Counted from the stretch's first letter, positions 1-12,224 are shown. The stretch: DNA of 64,000 nt from Octopus sinensis (GCF_006345805.1 NC_043020.1:7688001-7752000), one strand, 5' to 3'. Translations and numbers: made by a program. The notes: generated by a model not told the origin, from the letters alone.

Positions 1-291
1 GTTGTTCTGTTGATTGAACAGCTATCGTTGAATTTGACATAAGATCCATTTACTAAGTCTGTAATATACACAGATTAGTGTGGTCTGTGATTTTGGCATT
101 TGTTCCATACAGCAGTCTGTAAGAATTCTCGCTGTTTGGTCATAGTGGAAGCTTGTGAGTATGTTGAAAAGAAATATAATACTAATTCCCTCTGCTGGTC
201 CTTTATGAGGCTTTTACTTTGCTTCTTTGAAATGTTGGATTAGCTGTGTCTGAGGATTAAATAGTATTGATGTCTTAGAGGCTACATAGAT

Positions 292-328
<37 letters not shown>

Positions 329-332
<4 letters not shown>

Positions 333-712
333 TACTTATTTCAGTCATTTGACTGCAGCTATGTTGGAGTGCTACCTTTAAGTCGAGCAAATCGACCCCA
401 GGACTTATTTGTTGTAAGTCTAGTACTTATTCTATCAGTCTTGCCAAACCATTAAGCTAAGGGGACATAAACAAACCAGCATTGGTTGTCAAGTCAAGTT
501 GGGGGGACAAACTCAGACACAAACACATACACACATCATACATACATATACACACACACCATGGGCTTCTTTCAGTTTTTTTCTACCAGATCCACTTACA
601 AGGCCTTAGTCAGCCCGAGGCTATAGTAGAAGACACTCTCCCAAGGTGCCACGTTGTGGGACTGAACCCGGAACCATGTGGTTTGTAAGCAAGCTAATTA
701 CCACACAGCCAC
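329..712 (-). mobile_element. tRNA-derived SINE, family A (degenerate full-length copy)
   Basis: Reverse complement gives an A-box/B-box head (GTGGCTGTGTGGT...GGTTCCGGGTTCAGTCCC), the core CCTTGGG..GTGTCTTCTACTATAGCC, an internal CA/TA microsatellite and the tail ...CAGTCAAATGACTGAAATAAGTAAA. Matches more than 10 other copies in the window. Confidence 0.85.
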
Positions 713-1149
713 TTGGACAAACATAAATCTTCATCATTTTAACATCCATTTTTCCATGCTTGCATGTGTCAATAGATATACAAGCATATAGATAGATAGA
801 TAAAATGATGGGGCTGATCGATAAATAGATGCAGGCATAGATAAACTAACCCACTCATGCACATATATCCATACACTTCATATTCTATATGTTTATATTT
901 GGAATGTTAGTTAATATTTATTTTCACTTTCGCGTGCACACAAGCACACACACTGACGTATGCATATAAATATGACTCCAATAGTTATTTTCAATTTAGG
1001 TTTTAAATATGTGTTTTGAATGCTTGTGGAACCTAATGCTTTTGCAATATCACCAATTATCAATATTGTGCATTATTTGCATGAAGAGTTATATATATAT
1101 ATATATATATATATATCTTTTTATTTGTATGCATATATATAATGAATGC

Positions 1150-1355
1150 ATGCATGTGTATATGTGGACCCCCCCCATAAAATTATCTATTTATCTATCT
1201 ATCTATGTATATATATATGTATATATGTATGTATGTATATATATGTATATATGTATGTATATATATGTGTATATGTATGTATATATATATATATGTATAT
1301 ATATGTATGTATATATATATTTATATATATATATGTATGTATATATATATTTATA

Positions 1356-1400
<45 letters not shown>
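1150..1400. repeat. Compound (TA)n/(TATG)n/(CTAT)n microsatellite
   Basis: Direct reading; explains the YI-rich ORFs. Confidence 0.95.
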
Positions 1401-1402
<2 letters not shown>

Positions 1403-1475
1403 ATGGTTTTTTTCTGCATATACACATGCATGTATAGAGTGTTGACTTATCATTATGAGATTGTTGGTTTAATTT

Positions 1476-1882
1476 CTGTGTGGTAAGAAGTTTGCCTCTA
1501 CAATCACATGGTTCTGGGTTCAGTCCCACTGAGTGGAACCTTGGGCTAGTGTCTTCTAGTATATTCTTAGGTTGACCAAAGTCTTGTGAGTCGATTTGAT
1601 TGACTGAAACTGAAAGAAACCTATCGTGAGTGCCTGTGTGTATATATATGTGTGTGTGTGTGTCTGTGTCTGTGTTTGTCCCCCACCACTGTTTGATAAC
1701 TGGTGTTGGTGTGTTTATGTTCCCATGAGTAAGTGGTTTGGCAAAAGAGACTGATCTGATGAAATAAGTACAGTTTTGAAAACGAAAGGACTGGGGTCGA
1801 TTTGTTTGACTAAAAAAATTCTTCATGGCTGTGCCCCAGCATGGCCACAGTCTAATGATTGAAATAAGTGCAAGATAAAAGA
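1476..1882 (+). mobile_element. SINE family A, diverged copy
   Basis: CTGTGTGGTAAGAAG...GGTTCTGGGTTCAGTCCCAC head and family A tail ...CCCCAGCATGGCCACAGTC..ATGATTGAAATAAG. Confidence 0.85.
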
Positions 1883-2169
1883 TACATGTGTGTATATATT
1901 TATAGATGTGTCAGAATGAGTGGTGAATGAGATATTTGACTTAGGAGTTTAGCAATCGAGGGTTTGCATATCTAAAAGAAAGGTGATTGGTGGAAGTCAA
2001 TGGAATGCTGCTTCAACACAGGCCTAGACTTGATCAACTTGGGTTGGGTCTCCTGGATGTGAAATATACAATGATATATAACACTGATTATGTATCCAAG
2101 CGTTGTATCTGTAGATATTGAATTATCAAACACACACCTGGACATTAAATGATGATGATGATGATGATG

Positions 2170-2251
<82 letters not shown>

Positions 2252-2266
2252 GGTGTATATAAATGT

Positions 2267-2650
2267 GGAGGCGCAATGGCCCAGTGGTTAGGGCAGTGGA
2301 CTCGCAGTCATAGGATTGCGGTTTCAATTCCCAGACCGGGCGTTGTGAGTGTTTATTGAGCGAAAACACCTAAAAGCTCCACAAGGGTCCGGCAGGGGAT
2401 GGTGGTGATCCCTGCTGTACTCTTTCACCACAACTTTCTCTCACTCTTACTTCCTGTTTCTGTTGTACCTGTATTTCAAGGGGCCGGCCTTGTCACTCTC
2501 TGTGTCACGCTGAATATCCCCGAGAACTACGTTAAGGGTGCACGTGTCTGTGGAGTGCTCAGCCACTTACACGTTAGTTTCACGAGCAGGCTGTTCCGTT
2601 GATTCGGATCAACCGGAACCCTCATCGTCGTAACCGACGGAGTGCTTCCA
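2267..2650 (+). mobile_element. tRNA-derived SINE, head B1 + tail T1 (OR1/OR2-like; name unverified)
   Basis: GGCGCAATGGCCCAGTGGTTAGGGCAG A-box and GGTTTCAATTCCCAG B-box. The 3' tail from GTACCTGTATTTCAAGGGGCC to CGTCGTAACCGACGGAGT is shared with 2891-3225. Confidence 0.85.
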
Positions 2651-2890
2651 CACATATAAATATATGTATTGTATGCATCCATATGTGTGTGTGGAAAAAA
2701 TTAGTATATATAACTGCTGTAGAGCGGTCTCTTGCCACTGTTGTGTCTGTCTTTTGTCAGTTGTCACTCTGACAGATATTGTTATACCCTGAAGTCATGT
2801 CCAAAATGTTTCTATCATCCATTCAGTATCATCATATGATTGCTTTATAAACACAGACACAGCTACCAACACAGTCTACTTGTAGTCTTG

Positions 2891-3225
2891 GTGAGGGCGC
2901 GTGGCTTAGTGGTTAGGGCATTTGGCTCATGATCGTAAGGTTGTGAGTTCGATTCCCGGCGACGCGTTGTGTCCTTGAGCAAGACACTTTATTTCACGTT
3001 GCTCCAGTCCACTCAGCTGGCAAAAATGAGTTGTACTTGTATTTCAAAGGGTCAGCCTTGTCACTCTCTGTGTCACGCTGATTATCCCCGAGAACTACGT
3101 TAAGGGTACACGTGTCTGTGGAATGCTCAGCCATTTGCACGTTAATTTCACGAGCAAGCTGTTCCGTTGATCGTATCAGCTGGGACCCTCGTCGTCGTAA
3201 CCGGCGGAGTCTTTGAGAGGTAAGA
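2891..3225 (+). mobile_element. tRNA-derived SINE, head B2 + tail T1, with 13-bp TSD
   Basis: GGCGCGTGGCTTAGTGGTTAGG / GAGTTCGATTCCC boxes and CORE-like TGTGTCCTTGAGCAAGACACTT. Flanked by the direct repeat ACTTGTAGTCTTG at 2878-2890 and 3226-3238. Confidence 0.92.
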
Positions 3226-3592
3226 ACTTGTAGTCTTGACCTTCTGACCTTTTTCCCTGTTGACTGGCTACTGGTCTATTTATAATGGCTGACTATTACC
3301 AGTTTTTACTGGGTGGGGTGCACAGTTTCATTATACAACAATAGCTTCTTATTTAATACATCTATCATTCACCCCTCTTATCACTCACCTGCATATCATC
3401 CATGCCCCTGTTACCAATCTCTCTATTGCCCTTGACTTTTTCATTCATCCCTGTGGCACATAAGCCCCTCTGCTCTTCTCTCAGTTATGGTCTTTTCTTC
3501 CTATTCTCACTGTACTGACTGATAATATACGAGGGGGAGGGGACCCCAAAGAAGTTGGAATTTTGTAATGTTATTTTATTTACTTATTTATA

Positions 3593-4010
3593 TATGGATG
3601 CGAGACCTGGACGCTAAAGAAAGCTGACCAGAAGAGAATTAATGCATTCGAGCTTTGGTGTTGGAGAAGACTTTTACGGATTCCATGGACAGCGAGGCTC
3701 ACCAATGGAGAAGTTCTTAAGCAGATCAGGCCGAAAATGTCACTAGAAGCTAGGATCACCAAGCATAGATTGGCATATTTCGGTCATATTATGCGGAGAA
3801 AATCCCTGGAGAAGGACATCATGCTCAGAATGGTCAGTGGCAAGAGATGAAGAGGCCGACCAAGAACCCACTGGCTTGACACCATCAAGAGTGATACTGG
3901 AATGGACATAGCCAATCTGAAAGAAGCGGCCCAAGATAGAACTGAATGGAGGACACTGATCCAACAAGTGACCGAGAGTCGACTTCAACTGAGCGGATAG
4001 ATAGATAGAT
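3593..4010 (+). mobile_element. 5'-truncated RTE-clade (BovB-like) LINE, C-terminal coding remnant
   Basis: Frame from 3593 reads YGCETWTLKKADQKRINAFELWCWRRLLRIPWTARLTN...LAYFGHIMRRKSLEKDIML...GKR*RGRPRTHWLDTIK...DRTEWRTLIQQVTESRLQLSG*. One internal TGA at 3848, stop at 3998-4000, followed by a (GATA)n tail. Confidence 0.9.
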
Positions 4011-4034
4011 ATATTTAAACTTTTATTAAGGTTC

Positions 4035-4308
4035 TAAACACCACTGTAATAATGACAGTCATTTCATTAAATTCTTCATTAATTTCAAAATGAATTGAAA
4101 TAAAGGCCGTATAGTTTAACAGAAATATGGTAACAAAAGGGTTATAGTAATCTAAATCAAAACCTTCCATCAAAATTTCATGTCAATTTATGTTCCAGAC
4201 ACCAGTGTAATAATGACAAGGTTATTTTACTAAATTCCTCATTAACTTCTCAATGAATTGAAACAAAGGTTGTGTATTTCATCAGATGTATAGTTATGAA
4301 AGGGTTAA
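4035..4308 (-). mobile_element. Two adjacent partial copies of a TTAA-ended (piggyBac-type) MITE
   Basis: About 160-bp diverged duplication (ACACCA.TGTAATAATGACA...GAATTGAAA.AAAGG); each copy ends AAGGGTTA(A). Confidence 0.55.
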
Positions 4309-4679
4309 CCGTTTGATTATCTCACATAGACATGTACATGCCACCCTCTCTCTACACACACTCTCTCTTTCTCACACACACACAAAGGCACACACACAAA
4401 GGCATTGCCTATCGATTATAGTTATTGATTGTCAGCTCTATGAGAGCTCTTGAAGTTCGATGGTGCAAATGAATGAACTAGCTATAAGATATTTGAAAGC
4501 TCGTTAATCAACTAACTATAAACTGAGTGAAGATGAGTACCTCGTTTTTTCCTGAGGATGTCTTACTTACAACATCTGCAGTGCAGTTTGAACTCATAAC
4601 CCATAAACTACCAGTTGAATATTTCATTAAATGAACCACTACACATAATCCAATAGAGCAGTGAGTCTTCGATATTGCC

Positions 4680-4970
4680 TCACCCCTGTCCGTTGCCAGC
4701 CTTGCCTGGCCCTCGTGCCGGCGGCACATAAAAAGCACCATCCATTCGTGGCCGTTTGCCAGCTCTGTCTGGCACCTGTGCGGGTGGCACGTAAAAAGCA
4801 CCCACTACACTCACGGAGTGGTTGGCGTTAGGAAGGGCATCCAGCCGTAGAAACACTGCCAGATTTGACTGGGCCTGATGAAGCCTTCTGGCTTCACAGA
4901 CCCCAGTAGAACCGTCCAACCCATGCTAGCATGGAAAACAGACGCTAAACGATGATGATGATGATGATGA
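4680..4970 (+). mobile_element. Family C repeat (RTE-linked LINE 3' UTR or SINE with (GAT)n tail)
   Basis: Two GGCAC(A/G)TAAAAAGCACC motifs, GGTTGGCGTTAGGAAGGGCATCCAGCCGTAGAAAC and CCAACCCATGCTAGCATGGAAAA, ending (GAT)n. Other copies near 5125, 10165, 18165, 24671, 29590, 39225, 42850, 44345, 57155 and 63190. Confidence 0.8.
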
Positions 4971-5371
4971 TATCTCTAAAAATCCTTATAAAAAACAAAA
5001 ACAAAAGACGAAACAATTTAATCCGCAGGATGAAACAAAACGGTATTTCTGCATAAACTGAATTTGTAAAATTAACCCAACTCACTCAAAGGGCATCTTT
5101 GACTTGTAAGCTCTGTAGCAACTTTACTTGTGTTGGTGTCATGGGAAAAAAATCATCCAGTGTTCCCCGTGATGTGGTTGGCATTAAGAAGGGCATCTGG
5201 CTGTAGAAATCATGCCAAAGGAGACACTGGAGCCCGTTTGATGCTGTGAACATGGAAGACAGACATTAAAAGATGAAGAAGATGATTATTATTTTTCTTG
5301 ACAAAGATGTCCATTCCCTACAAGTTCTTGTATATATTTTCACCGATACATATGTGCATGTGTGCACTCAT

Positions 5372-5415
<44 letters not shown>

Positions 5416-6254
5416 TCAACAAGCTTCTGCATAGTTTCTATGTATCAAATTTCACTCATGATATGTAGGTCAGTCCAGAAACTGTAGCAGAAGACAGTGC
5501 CCAAGATACCATGCCCTTGGATCAAACCCAGAACCATGTGGTTGCTAGTCAAATTACTTAACCATACACGCCAGTAACTCCTGACAATACACTGTGGAAT
5601 AGCTTGGTCAGTTTGGTAAGTTCAATAAAGGATATCAGAGCTGCTTCAATTTGTGCTAACAGTTGCTGTCTAAAATTCTTAGTCATACAATCGTATCTGT
5701 AGCTATTTTAGGATTAAATTGCATATATTTACTGTCTTCAAGGCAGTGAACTGCTGGCAGAATTGTTGGTATGCCAAGTGAAATGCTTAGCAGTATCTTG
5801 TCATTCTGAGTTCAAATTCTGCTGTGACAGACCTTGCCTTTCTTCATTTTGGGGGTCAATAAAATAAGTACCAGTAGAGCACTGGGGTCAATGTAATTGA
5901 ATTATGTACTCTTGGGTATGAGTATTAAAAAAAAAAAATCCTTCTACCAAGGCATGTCAGATCAGTGTAGCAGAGTAGGCTCATCAAACCAGTATGATCT
6001 TAAGCTCAAATTCATGGCCTCCACATAAGACCATGGTTGGTGGAGAATACGTGCTGAGGCCTTTGTCCTGCGGTAGACTGAACATGGGCAATCCAATCCA
6101 ATCCAATTGTCTTCAGGTGCATTTATCTAATTCTGTGTTCTTCATTTGGTCATTCAATAGTTTGAGGGGTAGAAGCACAATCTGAGACTGCAGTCTTGTG
6201 TTCTTCAAGACTGTCAGACTTCCATGTGTGTACATTGTACAAGAGGAACCTGCA

Positions 6255-6606
6255 AATACAAATGCACACACACACATATGAATATATACAAACGCATACA
6301 TTTTCAAACAGCAAACATGTATAAATCTGCATATGTATATACATGTGCATGTGAGTGTGTGTGTATATATATATATATATATAATATATATATATATATA
6401 TACACACACAAGCACATGTACACACACACACATACACATGTATAAGCATATAAACAAACACATGCATTTGCAAACACAAGTATATACATGTTCACATGCA
6501 CAGTCATACACACATATACAAACACAGCTACATGTATGTACACATGCACATACATGTACAAATACACACATATATACACACAAATACACACATACATCTA
6601 CACACA

Positions 6607-6647
<41 letters not shown>

Positions 6648-6702
6648 AACACATGTGCAGGCATAACTATATGTGTGCACACAAACACATGCATGTACAA
6701 AC

Positions 6703-6746
<44 letters not shown>

Positions 6747-6769
6747 TATATATATCATCATCATCATCG

Positions 6770-6817
<48 letters not shown>

Positions 6818-7097
6818 AACATATAAATTTACAACACACACACACCTACAAATACGCACACATGTACAAACACAGCTACATATATGTACACACACACACA
6901 TATAGAAACACATGTGCAAGCACAACTACGTGTATATACACACAAACACATACACGTATAAACATACATATATCTACACAAACACATACGTACAAGCACA
7001 CACACACGCATACACACACACACACAACACACACACACATAGAAACACATGTGCAGGCATAACTATATGTGTGCACACAAACACATGCATGTACAAC

Positions 7098-7151
<54 letters not shown>

Positions 7152-7167
7152 TCATCATCATCGTTTT

Positions 7168-7200
<33 letters not shown>

Positions 7201-7579
7201 CACACACACACACAAATATATAAATTTACAAACACACACACACCTACAAATACGCACACATGTACAAACACAGCTACATATATGTACACACACACACATA
7301 TAGAAACACATGTGCAAGCACAACTACGTGTATATACACACAAACACATACACGTATAAACATACATATATCTACACAAACACATACGTACAAGCACACA
7401 CAGAAGCACACACACACACACACACACACATATAGAAACACATGTGCAAGCATAACTACATGTATATACACACAAACACATACACGTATAAACATACATA
7501 TATTTACACAAACACATATGTACAAGCACACACGCAAACACACGCATACATACACACACACACACATACACACAGACAC

Positions 7580-7617
<38 letters not shown>

Positions 7618-7785
7618 ATATAGAAACACATGTGCAAGCATAACTACATGTATATACACACAAACACATACACGTATAAACATACATATATTTACACAAA
7701 CACATACGTACAAGCACACACGCAAACACACGCATACATACACACACACACACACATACACACAGACACACACGCACACACACAC
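6255..7785. repeat. Nested CA/TA-rich VNTR with ~400-bp and ~188-bp duplications
   Basis: The anchor TAGAAACACATGTGCA recurs near 6644, 6902, 7040, 7300, 7433 and 7621. The block 6642-7035 is repeated at 7039-7400. Confidence 0.9.
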
Positions 7786-8107
7786 CAAGTTTCTTGGGAG
7801 ACATTGTGACATAACCTCTCCTTTTCACCATTATTCTCTCTCTCTCATTGCTCTCCTTAGCCAATGTTCTGATGCAGTCTTCTTCATCAAATGTTTTATT
7901 CATATTTCATCAATGAACTCTCCGTCCGTACAATGGATCCCCTTCTTTACACACAATTCATGACTTGTCAACTTACTTCCTTCAAACTCTTTCAGCTTTT
8001 CTATTCGTTTCTTGTCATTTTTTTCCCCTTCTTCATTTTTTCTCCTTCCATCTTACTTTTTTTTCTGTTGTATATTCATTTATTTATTTCCACGTTATAT
8101 TTTCTTG

Positions 8108-8380
8108 GACTTCTTCTTGTTCTTCTTGTTCTTCTTCCTCTTGTTCTTCTTTTTCTTGTTCTTCTTCCTGTTCTTCTTTTTCTTTTTCTTCTTCTTCTTG
8201 TTCTTCTTCCTGTTCTTCTTTTTCTTTTTCTTCTTCTTCTTGTTCTTCTTCTTGTTCTTCTTCTTGTTCTTCTTCTTGTTCTTCTTCTTCTTGTTCTTCT
8301 TCTTCTTGTTCTTCTTCTTTTTCTTCTTCTTCTTTTTCTTCTTCTTCTTCTTCTTCTTCTTCTTCTTTCTTCTTCTTCTT
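8108..8380. repeat. (CTT)n/(CTTGTT) polypyrimidine trinucleotide array
   Basis: Direct reading; source of the poly-E, poly-S and poly-F ORFs. Confidence 0.95.
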
Positions 8381-8900
8381 AATCATCATCATCACCATTG
8401 TCATCACCACTCCCCTCCTCTTTTTTTCCTCTTTAGTGTATTTTTTTATAGTTTTCCACAGTATTTTCATCAGTCCCTCCTCTTATTATTCCTGTTAAAC
8501 TGCAAGTAAACATCACCATATAAACATATGTAACCTTAATTCAAAGGTGGTGAAAATGTTTTCCTCATATGGCGATGTCTATCACTGTCTCTCAGTCAGC
8601 AGGAGATGTACAGATCAAGCCTCTTCTGTACAGTGTTTCTTTTTTACTCACCCTGTAATGTTGAGGTGATGCTGATAGTTTCTTCAGGTCATTATATAGT
8701 AGAATTTATAATGTTCGGTCTAAAGGAAAGCTTGAGTCCTATCAAAATACTCAAGCTCTATCAAAGCTAACTGGAAATTGATTCAAAAAGAGATCCTTGA
8801 AATCTCTAAGCAAGATCGTGTCCAAAATCTTAAGCAGTTTATGTCAATAATGTAAGCCATACGCATTAAATATAATGATTGTACACACAAATATAATTAC

Positions 8901-9008
8901 CAGACAAAGTAAATTCTTATCTGGCAAAAAGCTAAGATCTTGGATTTCAAATAATTTAAGCTGACAACTCAAGGGCACTGAAAAGTCCTTTCCTTGAAAT
9001 GGCCTTTC
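8901..9008 (-). CDS. Candidate internal exon, phase 0/0, 36 aa (ERPFQGKDFSVPLSCQLKLFEIQDLSFLPDKNLLCL), product unknown
   Basis: Pyrimidine-rich acceptor TTTTGTTTTCTATTTCAAG, open 108 nt in unique sequence, donor CTG|GTAATT. No homology recognised. Confidence 0.25.
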
Positions 9009-9368
9009 CTTGAAATAGAAAACAAAATCAAACACTCTCATAGAAAGGATTGAACAGAAAGAGAAAGAAGGGTTACAAAAAAAAATAAAACTGAACCCCT
9101 AAAAATTTACAAGAGAATTACTCTCAGTACTTTGCTAAACAGGGTTGCTGTTCCAAGGAGGAACTCTCACTGAGTGTTGACTCCAAGAGGATGAGTAAAA
9201 CACTGAATGGACATTTCCCCTGTGTTTTCGCCTTGTTGTAACATTGTGACATCTGCAAATAAATAAGGATTAAAATAGAAACACTAGCACAGTAGTGATA
9301 GTGCCCCAGCATAGCCACAACCCCTGGACTTGAACTAGTAAAGGATTATATGTATATTTATATACAAA

Positions 9369-9881
9369 CTAGCAGTATCGCCCGGCGTTGCTCGGGTCTG
9401 TAAGGGAAATAACTATATAAGCATTTTTAGAGACTTACTTCCCTTATAGATGCCAATTTGGGCTTTCTTAGCCATTTCTGTTTTGGTGTCTTCAAGCCAT
9501 GAAGTCGTTGTTCTAAAAGAACGCTGGTCTCCTTGACAACGCTTTACGACGTTGATTTCCTTACACTCCCTTCCCCACAGCTTCACGAGGGAGGGAAGAA
9601 GGGGGAGAAGCAAACAGGTGCAGGTGTGACCATGGACGCCAACTCCGCCGCCATCGACACACGAAAAATTATGCATTAAAATGGAATAAAAAATGATGTT
9701 AAATTATTTTTTAAATCGTAGACTCATCGTAGACGCGCGCTAATAGCCAGACGGGCTCGATATGAATCACGACTATAAGATACCCGAATTTGGTTAAACT
9801 GCACCGCAAAATGTGGGAGGAGTTAGGAATCTAAATCGAAGGGGACAGACACTCACACAACTAGAGTTTTATATATACAAA
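9369..9881 (-). mobile_element. Non-autonomous Helitron with an extra ~215-bp internal segment
   Basis: On the minus strand it ends with a CCCGAGCAACGCCGGG hairpin followed by CTAG|T. The 5' end is decayed. Shares both termini with 41922-42222 and 62467-62863. Confidence 0.8.
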
Positions 9882-10716
9882 TGTGCACACATGCACACAC
9901 ACACAATATCATCAGTCTAATGTTCACTTTTCCATGCTTGCATGGGTCAGATGGAGTTTGTTGAGGCAGATTTTCTACAGGTGGATGCTCTTCCTGTTGC
10001 CAACCCTCACCTATTTTCAATCATCCATGAATAACAATAAGTCCGACTAATGGAAAATATTAACTTGCTTTCAAACAAGAGACACCATTTGTATGATGGT
10101 AATATTCGTTTTTGTCTGTCCACATGATGTCAAGACATGGCAACACACACACACACACACCCGTCTTGGTGACCCTGCCAATGCTAGAGCCACGTAAAAA
10201 GCATTCAGTCTACTCTCTGAAGTGATTGGCATTTAGAAGGGCATCCAGCTGTAAAAACCCTGCCAATACTGACCTCGTCTGTGCCGGTGCCACATAAAAA
10301 GCATTCTGTTCACTCTAGAGCATCCAACCTTAAAAACCATGCTAACACGGACACAGTAGCCTGGTATAGTCTTCTACCTATCCAGCTCCTGTCAAACCGT
10401 CCAATGCCATCTCATGGAAAGCAGATGTTTAATGATGATGATGATGATGATATGAGTATCTTCTTTCAGCTTGCTTCCATTAAATGCACTCACAAGACTC
10501 TGGTTGGCCTGAGGCTATACAACACACTCACACACACATATTTGATGGGCTTCTTTCAGTTTCTCTCTACCACGTCTGCTCACAAAGTTCTGGTCAGCCT
10601 GGGGCTATAGTAGAAGGCACTTGCCCAAGATGCAATGCAGTGGAACTGACCCTCCCCCCAATCGTGTGATTGGGAAGTGAATTTCTTAAATACATAGCCA
10701 TGCCTAAATATATATA

Positions 10717-11106
10717 TGGCTGTGTGGTAAGTAGCTTGCTAACCAACCACATGGTTCTGGGTTCAGTCCCACTGTGTGGCATCTTGGGCAAATGTCTTCT
10801 GCTATAGCCCCGGGCCGACCAATGCCTTGTGAGTGGATTTGGTAGACGGAAACTGAAAGAAGCCTGTCGTATATATGTATATATATATATGTGTGTGTGT
10901 GTGTTTGTATGTCTGTGTTTGTCCCCCTGGCATTGCTTGACAACCGATGCTGGTGTGTTTACGTCCCCGTCACTTAGCGGTTCGGCAAAAGAGACCGATA
11001 GAATAAGTACTGGGCTTACAAAGAATAAGTCCCGGGGTCGATTTGCTCGACTAAAGGCGGTGCTCCAGCATGGCCGCAGTCAAATGACTGAAACAAGTAA
11101 AAAGAG
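10717..11106 (+). mobile_element. SINE family A, near-consensus full-length copy
   Basis: Complete head, core, internal microsatellite and tail; CpGs retained. Confidence 0.92.
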
Positions 11107-11765
11107 AAAAAAAGAGATACGCATACATACACACACTGTCTCTCACACACACACCCTCTCTCTCTCTCTCGCTCTCATGTAAGTGTTTATTCCCCATAAG
11201 TATCAGTATGTCAGCTGATGTTATATAATAGCTATTAGCAGAGCAAGCTTTCGTTGGGATATTTTTACGCTATCACTCAGAAAACGGACCAAAAACAAAA
11301 TATAAAATTAAGACATGGAAACAAAACTAAAAATGGAATTAAGTAATCTGGTTTGCTAGCAGATTACATCATAGCTGCATTTATAATATACACCAGCTAA
11401 TGTGCATTGTGTGCATGTCTTTCTTTTGTAATTATGCAAATGTGCATCTGTTAATGTGTTTATTTGTTTTATTATAATAATAATAATGATGTTAAAGACA
11501 TAATTAATAATTTCTTTGATGTCATTGAGATGATGATCATGATGATGATAATAATAATAATGATAATCCTTTCTACTATAAAATAGTTTCGAATTTCGGT
11601 ACAAGGCCAGCAATTTTAAGGGAGAAAATAAGTCGATTACATTGACCCTGAAAGGATGAAAGGCAAAGTTGACCATGACAGAATTTGAACCCATGATGTA
11701 GCAAGTCAGGGATGAATACTGCAAAGCATTTTTTTGTTGATAGATGATCTAATGATTCTACCAAT

Positions 11766-11805
<40 letters not shown>

Positions 11806-11825
11806 TAATAACAATACTTTTTTTA

Positions 11826-12209
11826 CTCTTTTACTTGTTTCAGTCATTTGACTGCAGCCATGCTGGAGCACCGCCTTTAGTCGAGCAAATCGACCCCGGG
11901 ACTTATTCTTTGTAAGCCCAGTACTTATTCTATCGGTCTCTTTTGCCGAACTGCTAAGTGACGGGGACGTAAACACACCAGCATCGGTTGTCAAGCAATG
12001 CTAGGGGGACAAACACACACACATACACACTTATATATATACATATATACGACAGGCTTCTTTCAGTTTCCGTCTACCAAATCTACTTAAGGCATTGGTC
12101 GGCCCGGGGCTATAGCAGAAAACACTTGCCCAAGATGCCACGCAGTGGGACTGAACCCGGAACCATGTGGTTGGTTAGCAAGCTACTTACCACACAGCCA
12201 CTCCTGCGC
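11826..12209 (-). mobile_element. SINE family A, near-consensus full-length copy (inverted relative to 10717-11106)
   Basis: Reverse complement aligns end to end with 10717-11106. Confidence 0.92.
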
Positions 12210-12224
12210 CAATAATAATAATAA

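Noticed and set aside
955-972. TGACGTA plus TATAAA as a CRE/TATA promoter
   Set aside because: Short motifs in AT-rich DNA between repeats, with no supporting exon.
2267-2970. tRNA genes at SINE heads
   Set aside because: A and B boxes are present, but the acceptor stems are incomplete and each continues into a SINE body.
3528-3565. TACGAGGGGGAGGGGACCCCAAAG as a mariner TIR
   Set aside because: No matching second TIR or transposase nearby; at most an isolated remnant.
8652-8800. Minus-strand exon ending at a perfect GTGAGT donor
   Set aside because: All frames from the plausible acceptors contain stops.
9124-9252. Exon after the TTTATTTGCAG acceptor
   Set aside because: I could not join it in frame to neighbouring candidates with convincing donors, and no homology was recognised.
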